Positions 21,233-31,243 of a stretch of 64,000 nt of DNA are shown one piece after another; position 1 is the stretch's first letter, and every line of letters begins with the position of its first letter. A program made the position numbers and the translations under genes. The stretch is from contig OZ219791.1 of the NCBI GenBank assembly GCA_964291215.2, positions 384,001 to 448,000 of the forward strand, given 5' to 3'. This DNA is from Alphaproteobacteria bacterium. GTDB taxonomy: Bacteria > Pseudomonadota > Alphaproteobacteria > MPNO01 > UBA830. A model generated the notes under the pieces. The model was given only the letters and a program-made list of their open reading frames with translations, searched no databases and was not told where the DNA came from.

Positions 21233-22321
21233 GGCCTGTTCTCCGATCCTGTTCCGAAATTCCGCCGCCATCGGCCGAAGGTGCATCCGTCGTCGAAGGG
21301 CTGGCGGACATTTCGTTGAGGATGCCGTCGTGAATCCCGCGATCCGAGACCTGCAGGCGGCCGGCCGGCCATGCGCGATCGATCGCCTCGAGAATCGCCA
21401 GGCCCGGCACCACGAGTTCAGCCCGATCGGGGCGGACGCATGGGTGCGCCGCATGCGCGGCGATGCTTTGGGGCACCATCTCCCGGCGCAGGCGTCGAAC
21501 CGTCGCAAAGTCGAGCCGGCTGCCATCGATCCGCGCACGATCGAAGCACTGAAGGCCCAAACCCACGGCAGCGACCGTGGTGACCGCGCCGCCTGTTCCT
21601 ATCATTCCGGCGGCACCCTTCTCGATTTTGCGGCGAACGCCGAATTCCCCCTCGAACGATTCCAACAGGGCGGCCACGGACCGGACGACGGCCCCGTATC
21701 GTTCCCGATCAAACCCCAGATCCCGAAAGCCGTCCCGCAGAAGGGCCACGCCGTACGGCAGCGATATCCAGCCGGCCAGTTCGGAGCCGTCGCCGGAACA
21801 CTGGCGCACCCAGGCCAGCTCTACGCTGCCGGCGCCGATGTCGAACACCAGCGCGTTCTTCCATGCAGGGTCCATATGCGGGGCGCAGGCCACCATCACG
21901 AGCCTGACCTCTTCGCGTGGATCGTCTCGAGCGCAATGCCGGCCTCGGCCCGCGCACGTTCGACGAACGCGTCGCGATTGCGAGCAACCCGGACCGCTTC
22001 GGTAGCGACACAACGCGCGTGAGCCACCCCTCGCGCGGCCAGCCGCGCCGCACAGGCGCCCAGCGCCTCGATCGCGCGCTCCATCGCGGCGGCCGCAAGA
22101 CAACCCGTCTCGCCGAGACCCTCGCCAAGACGGACGGTCCGGGAAAACCGCTCGACGACCCTGAATCCCCAGTCTTCGGTCACCGCGATCACGAGGTGAC
22201 AACTGTGGGTGCCAAGGTCGAGCACGGCGACCGGAACGCCGTCCCGGCCAGCCGGGCCGCAACCGGCGGCGACCTCCCCACCGGCCCCTTCGGAGGCATC
22301 GACAACTGGCGAGAGCGACAT
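21222..22321 (-). pseudogene. ppx: Ppx/GppA-family phosphatase, frameshifted near 21915 (possibly a sequencing error)
   Basis: DLGTHSC..RLGEGL..CVATEAVR in one frame; EEVRL, DIGAGSVEL, DRAELVVPG, DRGIHDGIL in another. Confidence 0.85.
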
Positions 22322-22656
22322 AACCTCTACACTGTTTCCAGCTCGGCCCCTGCCGGCAAACGCCGGCCACGTCATGCAGCAGGCGAGGCCCACGGCTTTC
22401 CACCGTGACAGCATGGCCGGATGCGCCGATGGTCGCGACAAGCTGGATCGGCTTCGCCACGGCCGGGAACGGTCGCCGGCAGGTTTCCAGCCCGATTCAT
22501 ACCACAAGCCCCTTCGACAGCCGAATTCGCAAGGAGAATCCGTGATCGTGGGCGTCCGCCGTGTCCGATTGTCCGGGCCTGCCTACAGCTCCGCGGGGTT
22601 TTGCGCCTCCCGTACGCGCGGCGATGCCCGGGCACAGGATGATCTTACGCTAAATT

Positions 22657-22950
22657 CAGACATCCTGACCTCGGCTTTGATTGCTTCGAATCAGGGTGAT
22701 GCTTCTGGGCCGAGTTTGCGTGCGTTGTCTGGCGGTTCATAGATCATGCAGAGGCCGGTTCCGGAGCTTCTTCACCACCCGCTGCACGGTCGCGCGGCTC
22801 ACGCCGCCTGCAGGTCTCTTTGAGGTTCCGATCTGGACGGCTTCAGGAGGGTGCATCGCGAGCGTGTTCATGGCCTGGGCCATCCAATTCTAGGCATCAT
22901 GGTATGATGAATCGTCGCGCGGCTATGTTGTAAAGCAAAAACCCGGAAAA
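22657..22950. mobile_element. IS/MITE family D end, copy 1
   Basis: Begins CAGACATCCTGACCTCGGC after AAATT; similar in inverted orientation to 48430-48710 and to the termini of 49514-50043. Confidence 0.7.
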
Positions 22951-24190
22951 GCGATTACGCAACCTGATGTCTGGAAATTGTCGAGAAGCTCTCAGTCATC
23001 GAGCTGTTCCCATTTTATGTATGCCTTGGTTTCGGTTTCCCATTTTTCGTCGATGAGGACCGCGGTTGAGAGGCGCTCCAACGAGGCGAGGTTCGGAAAG
23101 ACCCTGACTTTGGAGGTGCGCCGCTTGAGCTCTTGCTGGATCGGCCGCTCGATACCGTTCGAGGTTCGCATACGTTTGCGGTGAGCATCGGGCAAGGTGA
23201 AGACAGCGAGCCCCGCATTCTTTTCCAGCCAGGAAGCTTGGATGCTTGTCGCGATAGCTGGCCACGAGGGCGCCCAGTTCAGCCTCGGCGGCTTGGAGTG
23301 AGGAGGCGTGGCTCCGAGCTGTTTTCCAATACGTTTCCTGATGTCGTTGTTCGGTGCACGGCGTTTTGCGCCAGGTGGAACTGGCAGCGCTGCCACGTCG
23401 CCGCGCCCAGCACCGCGCGTCGTGCCGCTTTCAGCCCGGCATCCGAGACGATGAAGGTCGTACCATGCAGGGCTAGCAAGCTTTCCAGGAAGGCTCTCCA
23501 ATGGACCTCGGCCTCGGAGAGCGCCACAGAGAGCCCCAGAACGTGCCTGCAGCCCCTATTCCAATGGCCGAGAGTACTGCGACATCGCGCACAACGCCGT
23601 CATGGCGGGCTTTTTCGTAGCGCGCATCCAGGATCAGGTATTTCATCAGGGGCCGGTTGCGCGGCGAGTTCTTCGTCGAGCAACCTGGTGGCCCGGCTGA
23701 CCTGAGAAGAGGACAGGCTCCCGAACTCGCGCATTACATCCTGCCGTGTGGAAACACCCTTGATGTACATCTCGGCTACGGCGCGAGAAGATCGCTGTCC
23801 GCGTTCAAGCGACTGGGGGGTCGTCCCCGTGACCGTTTGGCACCTGAACGGTAACAGTGGGGGTGTCGATCCGCTTGTAGCCGTTGGCATAGCCCTGTCG
23901 CTCCGGCGTCCGGTGGCCCGCTTTCAAGTGCTGCTCGCGCTCGATTTGCATCGCAAGCTCGAAGAGCTGGCCAAAGACCCGCCCCAGATCCGTTGCTCCG
24001 TTTGCGATCAGATGTTCCAAAACGGCCTCAATCGTCGTAGTGTGTCGCAGGTCCATTCGCTTCCTCCATGAAGGTTTACAGCTCCATGGGATAGCACGAT
24101 GGCGCCGCGTTTCACTGGGGGGCTAGCCCCCAGTGAAACGCCTCAAAGCGCAAACCTCAGACAAATTTCCAGACATCAATTTACAGTACC
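22951..24190 (-). mobile_element. Degenerate IS256-family element
   Basis: AEMYIKGVSTR, SEAEVHWRAFL, WQRCQFHL, RMRTSNGIER, VRVFPN; TIRs contain TGATGTCTGGAAATT; CCGGAAAA repeated at 22943-22950 and 24189-24196. Confidence 0.88.
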
Positions 24191-24906
24191 GGAAAATCCG
24201 TTTATTGTATTTAAAAAACTTTATAAGTACGTATCAATTCAAATCAAGAGCTCAGGACATATGAAATTTTGTTTGATTTTTCAAAACAACGCTTGATTTT
24301 TTAAGGAAAACGGGTTGGTGCGGGAGATTTTTTTACAGTTTTCGCTGACTTTCCTGCACTGGAGTTGTCATGGTGCGGGGATGTCGGTTCACAAGCACAT
24401 TGCGTCCTGTCCGATTCACGTCGCAGCTCCGGAAGGGTCTGTCCGAGAATCCATGTTTCCTGGCAAGGTTTTTGCGGGTGTCTGCGGTGATGTTTTCTGT
24501 GGTTGTCCACAAGCGGTGTGGGGTTTGCTCTGCGAGCGAGGCGATATGAAGCTTGTGGTCCCGGCGGCGGGTTGCCGTCCATTGGTCACGTGAACGCGGC
24601 TACCTTGCCGTCCCCGGGCACGTGACCGTCCGGGTTCTAGGTGTCCCGTCCACAAGCCGCGCGGCGTCTCCTCGATGTCGGCCTCGACGATGATCTGCAG
24701 ATGTTCTTCCCAAGTCGTGTCGTAGAGGGAGGCTGTCGAGACAGTCCCGATAGTGCTCCTGCACCGCACCGAGCCACCGCATCGCACCAGCGTTGCGCAC
24801 GGGCACCAGCGTTGCGCACGGGAACGATGGGGCTTTCGGTGGTGGAGGTGGGGGCCTTGCGGCGCGCGGCGCTGCCTCTCGGCAGGGCCGTGTCTCCTTC
24901 GCTCAC

Positions 24907-25850
24907 TCACCGGTGCTTCAGGCAACGCTGCTGTCGCAGCAAGGTGTTCGCCAGAGCTTGCGCATCACGGCGACAATCGCGACTTTGTGGGCCTTGCCGG
25001 CAGTCTTGAGGCGCACCAGGTCCGCGTTGAAGCGTGCCGGTTGCGGCCAGGAGATCACGTGGCCTTCGGCGCCCGCCACGGATGTGCCGAGCACCGTGGT
25101 CGTTGGCGCCACCCAGATCAAGGCTGCCGACGCTGCCGAGTTCGGGCATCCAGAAGGGCCGCGGCGGTCACCGGATCGAGGTCAGGATGGCGTACCTCTG
25201 CTCGGGATCACCGCTTTGATCGCCGCACCGGCAATGCGGTCATCGAGATCGGCCGCTGAGGCCCTTGTGACGGTCTCGCCATCCTCCTCATCTGCCACGC
25301 GTCGACAAGCGCGGCACCAGGAGATCCTCCAGGCTCTTGAGGAAGGCGGAGCCACAGGCTCAAGATCGCCCAGCCGATCTTGGCGTCGACGCGGTTGGCC
25401 CATCGCCTCGGCGAAGCGCCCGCAACGGGTTGACGAGAATAACCTTGAAGCCCCGGTCATGAAGACACTGGTGAACCTTGCGGTGATAGCGGCCTGTCGC
25501 CCACCACCCGGCTCACCCCGAGGCCACGAAGCCACCTGCCCGTGGCGTCGTTCGCAAAACAATGCGCCAGATGTCCAGACTGGCTGACCCCTGCTACTAT
25601 CTTGACCATCGTCCCTTGCTCCTCGCCTTACGATGATACGGGTTCAAACCCAAGCATCCATGCGAGGGACGTCAAGGGAGGTTGGCCGACCACACTCGGA
25701 CACGGCCCTGTCAAGGTCGAAACGGCAACCTCCGCGGAGATCGTTTGACCCCCTGTGCGTGTTCGCTCAGGGGAGCGGAATCTCTCTGCAACCATAGCTC
25801 TCCCACAGATCCACATTTTCCCGCCCCCAACTGCTGTGGATGATTTCATC
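24907..25850 (-). mobile_element. Degenerate IS110-family element with a long 5' non-coding end
   Basis: RLKTAGKAHKVAIVAVMRKL C-terminal motif; ATG at 25609 (MVKIVAGV); about 240 nt of structured non-coding sequence upstream. Confidence 0.7.
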
Positions 25851-25858
25851 ATCAAGGG

Positions 25859-25955
25859 GTAACTGCTCACCCCCTGGTTCCGGCTTGATGTCGGGGTAGA
25901 GTAACGAACGGGTTTACGTGGAGATTTGACATTGCAGGCCGATTCGCTTCGGGTG
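25859..25955 (+). mobile_element. Left end of the IS66 copy split by the integrative element
   Basis: GTAACTGCTCACCCCCTGGTTCCGGCTTGATGTCGGGG... matches the reverse complement of about 15477-15567; homology resumes at 45531. Confidence 0.9.
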
Positions 25956-26728
25956 TGACGGTAAAACTCCGAACGGAGTCGAGATCGGGCGAGGTTGCCC
26001 TGCACACCACCATCGCCTGAAACGCCGGCGTCACAAGGGACGGGAGCCGTCGCGGCGATTGAGCGAGACGACCGGTCCGCGATCTTCGAGCGCGTTCCGC
26101 GTTGTCGTTCGGTCGCAGAGGTAACAGAACGCGGCGCGGCGTGCAAACGGCGGAGGGCAGTCTTCACACATGGCGCACCGGAGCCGGCGGCGTTACCTCG
26201 GCGACACGGGCGCCGCCGCACATGTTCCGCGGAGCCGAAGGACGCCGCGCACATGTTACCGCGATACAGGCGTGCTGGACGAAAGCGGGGCTGTTCAGGG
26301 TGATCGCGTGCTGCTCACACATTGCCGCAGACGCAGACGGGGATGGCGCACCCGTTACCGCGGCGTCAGCCGCGCGGGTGCGGTGACGGTTGCGATAGCC
26401 GTTGCGATCGGAGGCGCCGACGGCGGCGCCTGCACGACTGCGGGCATCGGTGCGAAGCACGGTGTGAAGCACGGTGTCGTGCCGGTCCGGCAGCAGCGCC
26501 GGCAGTGGGCGGGTCAGCGGTGCCGGCGGCCCTGCGCCGGGGTCGGCGCCGCAACGGCGAGCGGCGAGCGACAGCGAGACCCCGGACCGCAGTCCGGGGC
26601 AGGCTCCGCACGGGCGCGGCGCGAAGCGCGCGCGAGGTGTCGGCGGCGCAGCGCGACGGGTGTGCGCATACGGAGACGGACCGCGCCGCCGCCGGAGCGG
26701 AGACGACGCGGCCCGTGGGTGCTGCGTG

Positions 26729-27655
26729 TCAGGCGGGGCAGCGCATGACCGGGATGCCGAGGCTGCGGGCCTTGTCGACGAGGTTTTCGGTGATGCCGGA
26801 GCCGGGGAAGGCGATAACGCCCCTGGGCAGGAGGTTGAGCAGTTCGTCGTTGCGGCGGAACGGTGCGGCGCGACCGTGGCGGTCCCAGTCGGGCTTGCAG
26901 ACGACCTGGTGGACGCCGTTGCGCTCGGCCCAGCGCGCCGCGATCTTCTCGACGCCGGGGCCGCCGCCGTGGACGAGGACGAGGTCGGCATACTTGGCGC
27001 GGGCCTGGTCGAGCCTGGCGATCACCGCGGCCGGGTCGGCGACGTCCTTGCCGCCGGCGATGGCGACGAGGGTGCCCTGCGGCAGGTGCGCCATGGTCGC
27101 GCGGTCCTTTCGGGCACGGACGAAGTCGCGGGCGTCGATGGCGGCGCTGGTGAGCGTGCCGGTCTGGCTGGCGTGGCTGCCGTGCCGGGGCCGCCACATG
27201 TCGCCGGTCTCTTCGCGGTAGGCGTGCGCGGCGGTGTTGCGCATCTTCTCGAAGGCGTCGCGCCGGTCTCCGAGGTTCTGCGCGCGGTCGGTGACGAGCT
27301 CCAGGTCGCGGGACTTGATCTCGGTGCCGTCCTGCTCGCGCTGGAGGTCGCGCAGGTCCGGGCTGAGCCGGTCGACGCTGCGGTCGAGGCGGCGGCTCTG
27401 TGCGTGGAGCATGTTGACGAAGCCCCACAGCAGGCTCTCGCGTTCGTCGGCGAGCTGGGTGCCGTCGGGGCAGGCGCCTTCGGCGAGGATGCGGAAGGCC
27501 TCGCCGATTGCGGTCAGCGCATCGTCCTCGTCCCAGACCTCGCGGGGGTCGAGCTCGTCGCGCTCGGGGGTGGCGCCGTAGAGGGCGGCGTGTTCGCAGA
27601 CGGTTGCGGTTGCGGACTGTCCGGCGGTCTCGACGGTGTCGGTATCGAAGGTCAT
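26729..27655 (-). CDS. DUF2493 / SLOG (YspA-like) domain protein typical of alphaproteobacterial mobile elements
   Basis: LLWGFVNMLH, TGDMWRPRHGS, VLVHGGGPGVE, PDWDRHGRAAPFRRND, FPGSGITENL; AAGGAG RBS. Confidence 0.85.
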   Translation of the reverse strand: MTFDTDTVETAGQSATATVCEHAALYGATPERDELDPREVWDEDDALTAIGEAFRILAEGACPDGTQLADERESLLWGFVNMLHAQSRRLDRSVDRLSPDLRDLQREQDGTEIKSRDLELVTDRAQNLGDRRDAFEKMRNTAAHAYREETGDMWRPRHGSHASQTGTLTSAAIDARDFVRARKDRATMAHLPQGTLVAIAGGKDVADPAAVIARLDQARAKYADLVLVHGGGPGVEKIAARWAERNGVHQVVCKPDWDRHGRAAPFRRNDELLNLLPRGVIAFPGSGITENLVDKARSLGIPVMRCPA

Positions 27656-27740
27656 GACGATCTCCTTGCGATCGGGTTGCACGTTCGGGGCCGATCCCCG
27701 CTGTGATGTCCTGTTGGGTCACGCGCGCGCAACGGAAGCA

Positions 27741-27879
27741 CCTGGGCCTGGAAGCTCTTGGGGCGGAGTGGTGCGGAAGATCGCGTTCGCACCGCCGATG
27801 CCAGGCGTGCTCGGCCTCTGACACGCGATCTTCACGGTCGCCGGCTTTCACGGTCCGCCCCTAGAGCTTCTTGCCCAGG
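27741..27879. promoter_or_regulatory. Long imperfect hairpin upstream of DUF2493 (candidate ssDNA promoter / ssi-like element)
   Basis: GAAGCTCTTGGGGCGGA pairs with TCCGCCCCTAGAGCTTC; inner GAAGATCGCGT (27776-27786) pairs with ACGCGATCTTC (27823-27833). Function is inferred. Confidence 0.5.
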
Positions 27880-28050
27880 CCGCAGGGAGCGCAGCGACCG
27901 GAGGACCCCGAAGGGGTTGCTGGAGAGAGCACGTGTGGCACAATGGGACAGCACAGCGGGGTGGCGTATTTCTCTGGCCCTGCACGGACCCCATCGGCGG
28001 TTCGGCCCGGCACGGCGCCGGGAAGGATTTCCGGCCCTGCCGTTTTTGCG

Positions 28051-28278
28051 TCAGTTCCACAGGGGATGGGAGTCGACCCGCTGCCGGGCGGTCTCGCGGA
28101 TGCGGGCGCGGTCGTGGAGATAGACGGGGCCGCGCGGGTCTTCGTCGAGGTGTATGGCGAACACCCTGCGCCCCGGCCGGGTGCTGTCGTCGAAGGCGTG
28201 GACGTCTCCGACATGGTCGCCGTCCCGGTAGATGCGGGATTCGTCGGGGGCGATGCGGCGGAAGGAGATGGTGCTCAT
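28051..28278 (-). CDS. Hypothetical protein (75 aa)
   Basis: MSTISFRRIAPDESRIYRDGDHVGDV...HPLWN; GGAGAA RBS; host-like codon use. Confidence 0.6.
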   Translation of the reverse strand: MSTISFRRIAPDESRIYRDGDHVGDVHAFDDSTRPGRRVFAIHLDEDPRGPVYLHDRARIRETARQRVDSHPLWN

Positions 28279-28460
28279 CGGGTTCTCCGGGTAGCGTGAC
28301 GGGTGCGCGAGCGGACTCCCTCTCCTCCTCGCACGGTTCACCCGCTTTCCAGCCTCGCTCCCACTCCCGTATGCGCCGCGGCGAGACTCGAACCTGCCCG
28401 CATGAGAAAAGGGCCGACGCGCGAGGCGCCGGCCCTGTGGGGAGGGAAGAACGGGAAGCT

Positions 28461-28889
28461 CTAGAACGGGATCTGATCCTTATCCATCGGGTCGCCGCCG
28501 GCCGCGTCCGGGCCGGGCTGCGCGGCGTTGCCGTTCGCCTTGTCGAGGAACTGGACGCGCCCGCCGGGCACGAGCAGGATCTCGGTCGAGAAGCGGTCGC
28601 CGTCCTCGCCCGGCTTCGACCAGCGCCGGGTCTGGAGCTTGCCGTCGATGTAGACCAGCCGGCCCTTCGTGGCGTGCCTGGCGAGCATGTCGATCAGCCC
28701 GTCCTGGAAGGTCACGACCCGGTGCCACTCGGTCCTGTCGATCCGCTCGCCGCTGCCGTTCCGGTCGATGTAGCTCTCGTCGGTGGCAACGCTCAGATTG
28801 GCGACGCGGCCGCCGTTCTGCAGGTGGTTGATGGTGACGTCCGCGCCGAGGCGGCCGATGATCTGCACCTTGTTCAATCCGAAACTCAT
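28461..28889 (-). CDS. ssb: Single-stranded DNA-binding protein
   Basis: LNKVQIIGRLG, TEWHRVV, KGRLVYIDGKLQTRRW, acidic C-terminal DQIPF. Confidence 0.95.
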   Translation of the reverse strand: MSFGLNKVQIIGRLGADVTINHLQNGGRVANLSVATDESYIDRNGSGERIDRTEWHRVVTFQDGLIDMLARHATKGRLVYIDGKLQTRRWSKPGEDGDRFSTEILLVPGGRVQFLDKANGNAAQPGPDAAGGDPMDKDQIPF

Positions 28890-28981
28890 TGCGATACTCC
28901 TTCAGGTTCGCGTTGATGACGATGGGTTGCGAACAACCGGGGCCGGGGTCACTCCCCCGAACCCCCGACCGTTCAATCTCT

Positions 28982-29238
28982 TCAGGCCCTCCTCCACCTC
29001 CGGTTCGCCGGAGGGAGCGACGCCGCCGGGTTCCGGGGCTCCGCCGGGTCCTGGAGGGACATCCCGAACGCCGGTTCCGGGAAGAGGCTCGCGAAGCCGT
29101 GTTCCGGACAGGCCGCGCCCCGGTCGGGACAGCGGATGGCGCGCTCGTCCTCGGCGATCTCGCGGACGGTGCGACGCCGAGTTCGGCGAGCAGGTCGCAG
29201 CCAAGCGGAAGGTCGAGGGATGTATCGGGATGAAACAT
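28982..29238 (-). pseudogene. Small hypothetical ORF, apparently frameshifted
   Basis: MFHPDTSLDLPLGCDLLAELG after a GGAGGAG RBS continues in another frame as VREIAEDERAIRCPDRGAACPEHGFASLF. Confidence 0.35.
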
Positions 29239-29429
29239 GGGCGGGGTCTCCTCTGCCGTTGCCCTGCCCGGCGACCTGTGCCGGACATCGATCCGGCATC
29301 GGCGGGGAGTCCTCTCCTCCGCCCTGCCGGACACTCGCCCGGCAGGCGCTTTACTCCTCTCCACGACACAGGGACGGCGCGGCGGATCGCGGCCAGGCGA
29401 GCGCCGCCATCGCCGCCCGGGACAGCATG

Positions 29430-30449
29430 TCAGGTCCAGGCGGTGAAGGAGGCGGTGACGGGGGCGTCGGCGACGATCTCGACGCGGTTGCGGTCGAGCT
29501 TCCCGAAGGCGAGGCAGAGGGCGACATCGGCCGGATCGTCGAACGGACCGTGCTCGCGGCCGGTCTCCAGTTCGATCACGGTCCAGACCGGCTCGTGGAC
29601 CGGGATGCCCCTGAAATGCGCCGAGCCTTGATACGACCTCTCGGCACAGGGCGCACAGCGCGCCGCCCCCTGTGACGGCGCCCCGCAGGCCGTGCACAGG
29701 CCGGCGGCCCGACGCCGGGCGTACAACTGCCGCGAGCGCGCGTTCTTGCGCTCCGGGTTGTGGCTGGCTTCCTCGATGGCGGCGCAGGGGCCGCAGCGCG
29801 AGAGGCCGGCCGGCTGCCCGCAGCGTGTGCAACGGCCCGCGGCCCTGCGTTCGTCATATTGCCGCCGTTCCGCCGCCTGCCTCCTGTCCCGGCAGGGCTG
29901 GCAGGTGGTTCCGCCCTCGACGGGGGGACGCTTGCCGCAGCGGATGCAGAGGCCGGCCCCGGCCCTTGCCTTCTGGCGGCGCCTGCTCTTGAGGCGGGCG
30001 GCCTTGCGTTTCGCCTCCGCATTGGCGCCGCCATAGGGCAGCCCGGCGGCCTTGCCGGCGGCGTAGCGGGCGCGGTCGTCGGCGCGGCGTTTCTCCAGGC
30101 ACGGCTCGCACGACGCGCGGCCATCGGCGGCCGGCTGCTTGCCGCAGCGGGTGCAGAGGCCTTTGGCGGCCCTTTGTTCCCTCTTGCTGCGGGTGCGCTG
30201 GCGCTCGGACTGCCGGACGGTTTCGGGGTCCCTTCGCGGCATGCCCGCGGCGCGCGGGCGGGCATCGCGGGCGCGGCCGGCGCGGTTGCGCTTGGCGGCG
30301 CACCCGGCGCAGACGCTGCGCCCCGGCGCGGGCGGGACCTTGCCGCAGCGCGGACACAGGTCTTGGGCGATACGCGATGCGGTGCGCCGGGCGATACGCT
30401 CGCGGTCGCGGGCCTTGCGGACTTCCGGGTTGCGGCAAGCCATGGCCAT
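29430..30449 (-). CDS. Arg-rich protein with five tandem CxxC-x(8-11)-CxxC zinc-finger-like repeats (339 aa)
   Basis: LCPRCG..CAGC, LCTRCG..CEPC, LCIRCG..CQPC, RCTRCG..CGPC, LCTACG..CAPC, separated by basic helical linkers; GGGAGA RBS. Confidence 0.8.
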   Translation of the reverse strand: MAMACRNPEVRKARDRERIARRTASRIAQDLCPRCGKVPPAPGRSVCAGCAAKRNRAGRARDARPRAAGMPRRDPETVRQSERQRTRSKREQRAAKGLCTRCGKQPAADGRASCEPCLEKRRADDRARYAAGKAAGLPYGGANAEAKRKAARLKSRRRQKARAGAGLCIRCGKRPPVEGGTTCQPCRDRRQAAERRQYDERRAAGRCTRCGQPAGLSRCGPCAAIEEASHNPERKNARSRQLYARRRAAGLCTACGAPSQGAARCAPCAERSYQGSAHFRGIPVHEPVWTVIELETGREHGPFDDPADVALCLAFGKLDRNRVEIVADAPVTASFTAWT

Positions 30450-30529
30450 TCTCCCGGTGGATGATGCGGGGTCGGGCAGGAGACGCCCGGCCGGCGGCGG
30501 GCCGGCCGGACGTCCGGCGAGGCGGGCGG

Positions 30530-30859
30530 TCAGCCGCGCTGGCGGCGGTCGATGCCGAAGCCCATGGCGTGGACGCCCCAGTACTGCACCCCGCCGCGGG
30601 AGCGCAGGCCGGTACACACGATGATCTCGTTGCGCGCCGGGCGCATCTCCTTCACTGCCTTCAGCGTGGCGGTGGCCGGCTTCGCGCCGCGCCGGGCGCC
30701 CTTCGGGGCGGTGTCGTCATGGCAACGGCGAATGTCGCCGTCCACCATGGCGCGAAAGCGTTCGACGGCGTATCGTTCGCCGTCCTTCAGGCCGCCGTTG
30801 AAGAAGTGGATGAGGAAGGTTGTGTCGGTGTTGCCGGGCCTCGGGATTGCGGATGTCAT
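30530..30859 (-). CDS. Hypothetical protein (109 aa), first gene of the ZnF-ssb-DUF2493 run
   Basis: MTSAIPRPGNTDTTFLIHFFNGG...; GGAGG RBS. Confidence 0.55.
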   Translation of the reverse strand: MTSAIPRPGNTDTTFLIHFFNGGLKDGERYAVERFRAMVDGDIRRCHDDTAPKGARRGAKPATATLKAVKEMRPARNEIIVCTGLRSRGGVQYWGVHAMGFGIDRRQRG

Positions 30860-31243
30860 GGGGAGCGCCTCCGTCGTGTCGGGACTTCAGGACAGCGGCG
30901 GAGACCCTCTCCCGGACCCCCCGCCCGCCGCCCCGCTCACGGCCACACCCGACCTCCCGGCGGTGCGCCGCGTGCGGACGCCAGCGGCTTCAACCGCACC
31001 GCACAACCCGGCCACGCGCCGCCTCGGCGACCGGGCCCCCGCCTCCCCCAACCGCGCCGAATTCTGGAATCGGGTCGACGATGAATGCACCGCCGGAGCC
31101 TGCCGCCGCGCTCCGATCGACAGCGGTGCTTCCCGCGCCGTCGCACAGGATCGCGTATCGGCGGGTTGCAGGAACGGATATCGGACAGACTTGCTTGACG
31201 GCAAGAGGGTTCCGAAATGATCTCCTACCCCTTACCCGGCCAG

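Noticed and set aside
24784-24821. Tandem 19-bp repeat GCACCAGCGTTGCGCACGG
   Set aside because: Only two adjacent copies with no spacer, inside IS debris; not a CRISPR array or iteron set.
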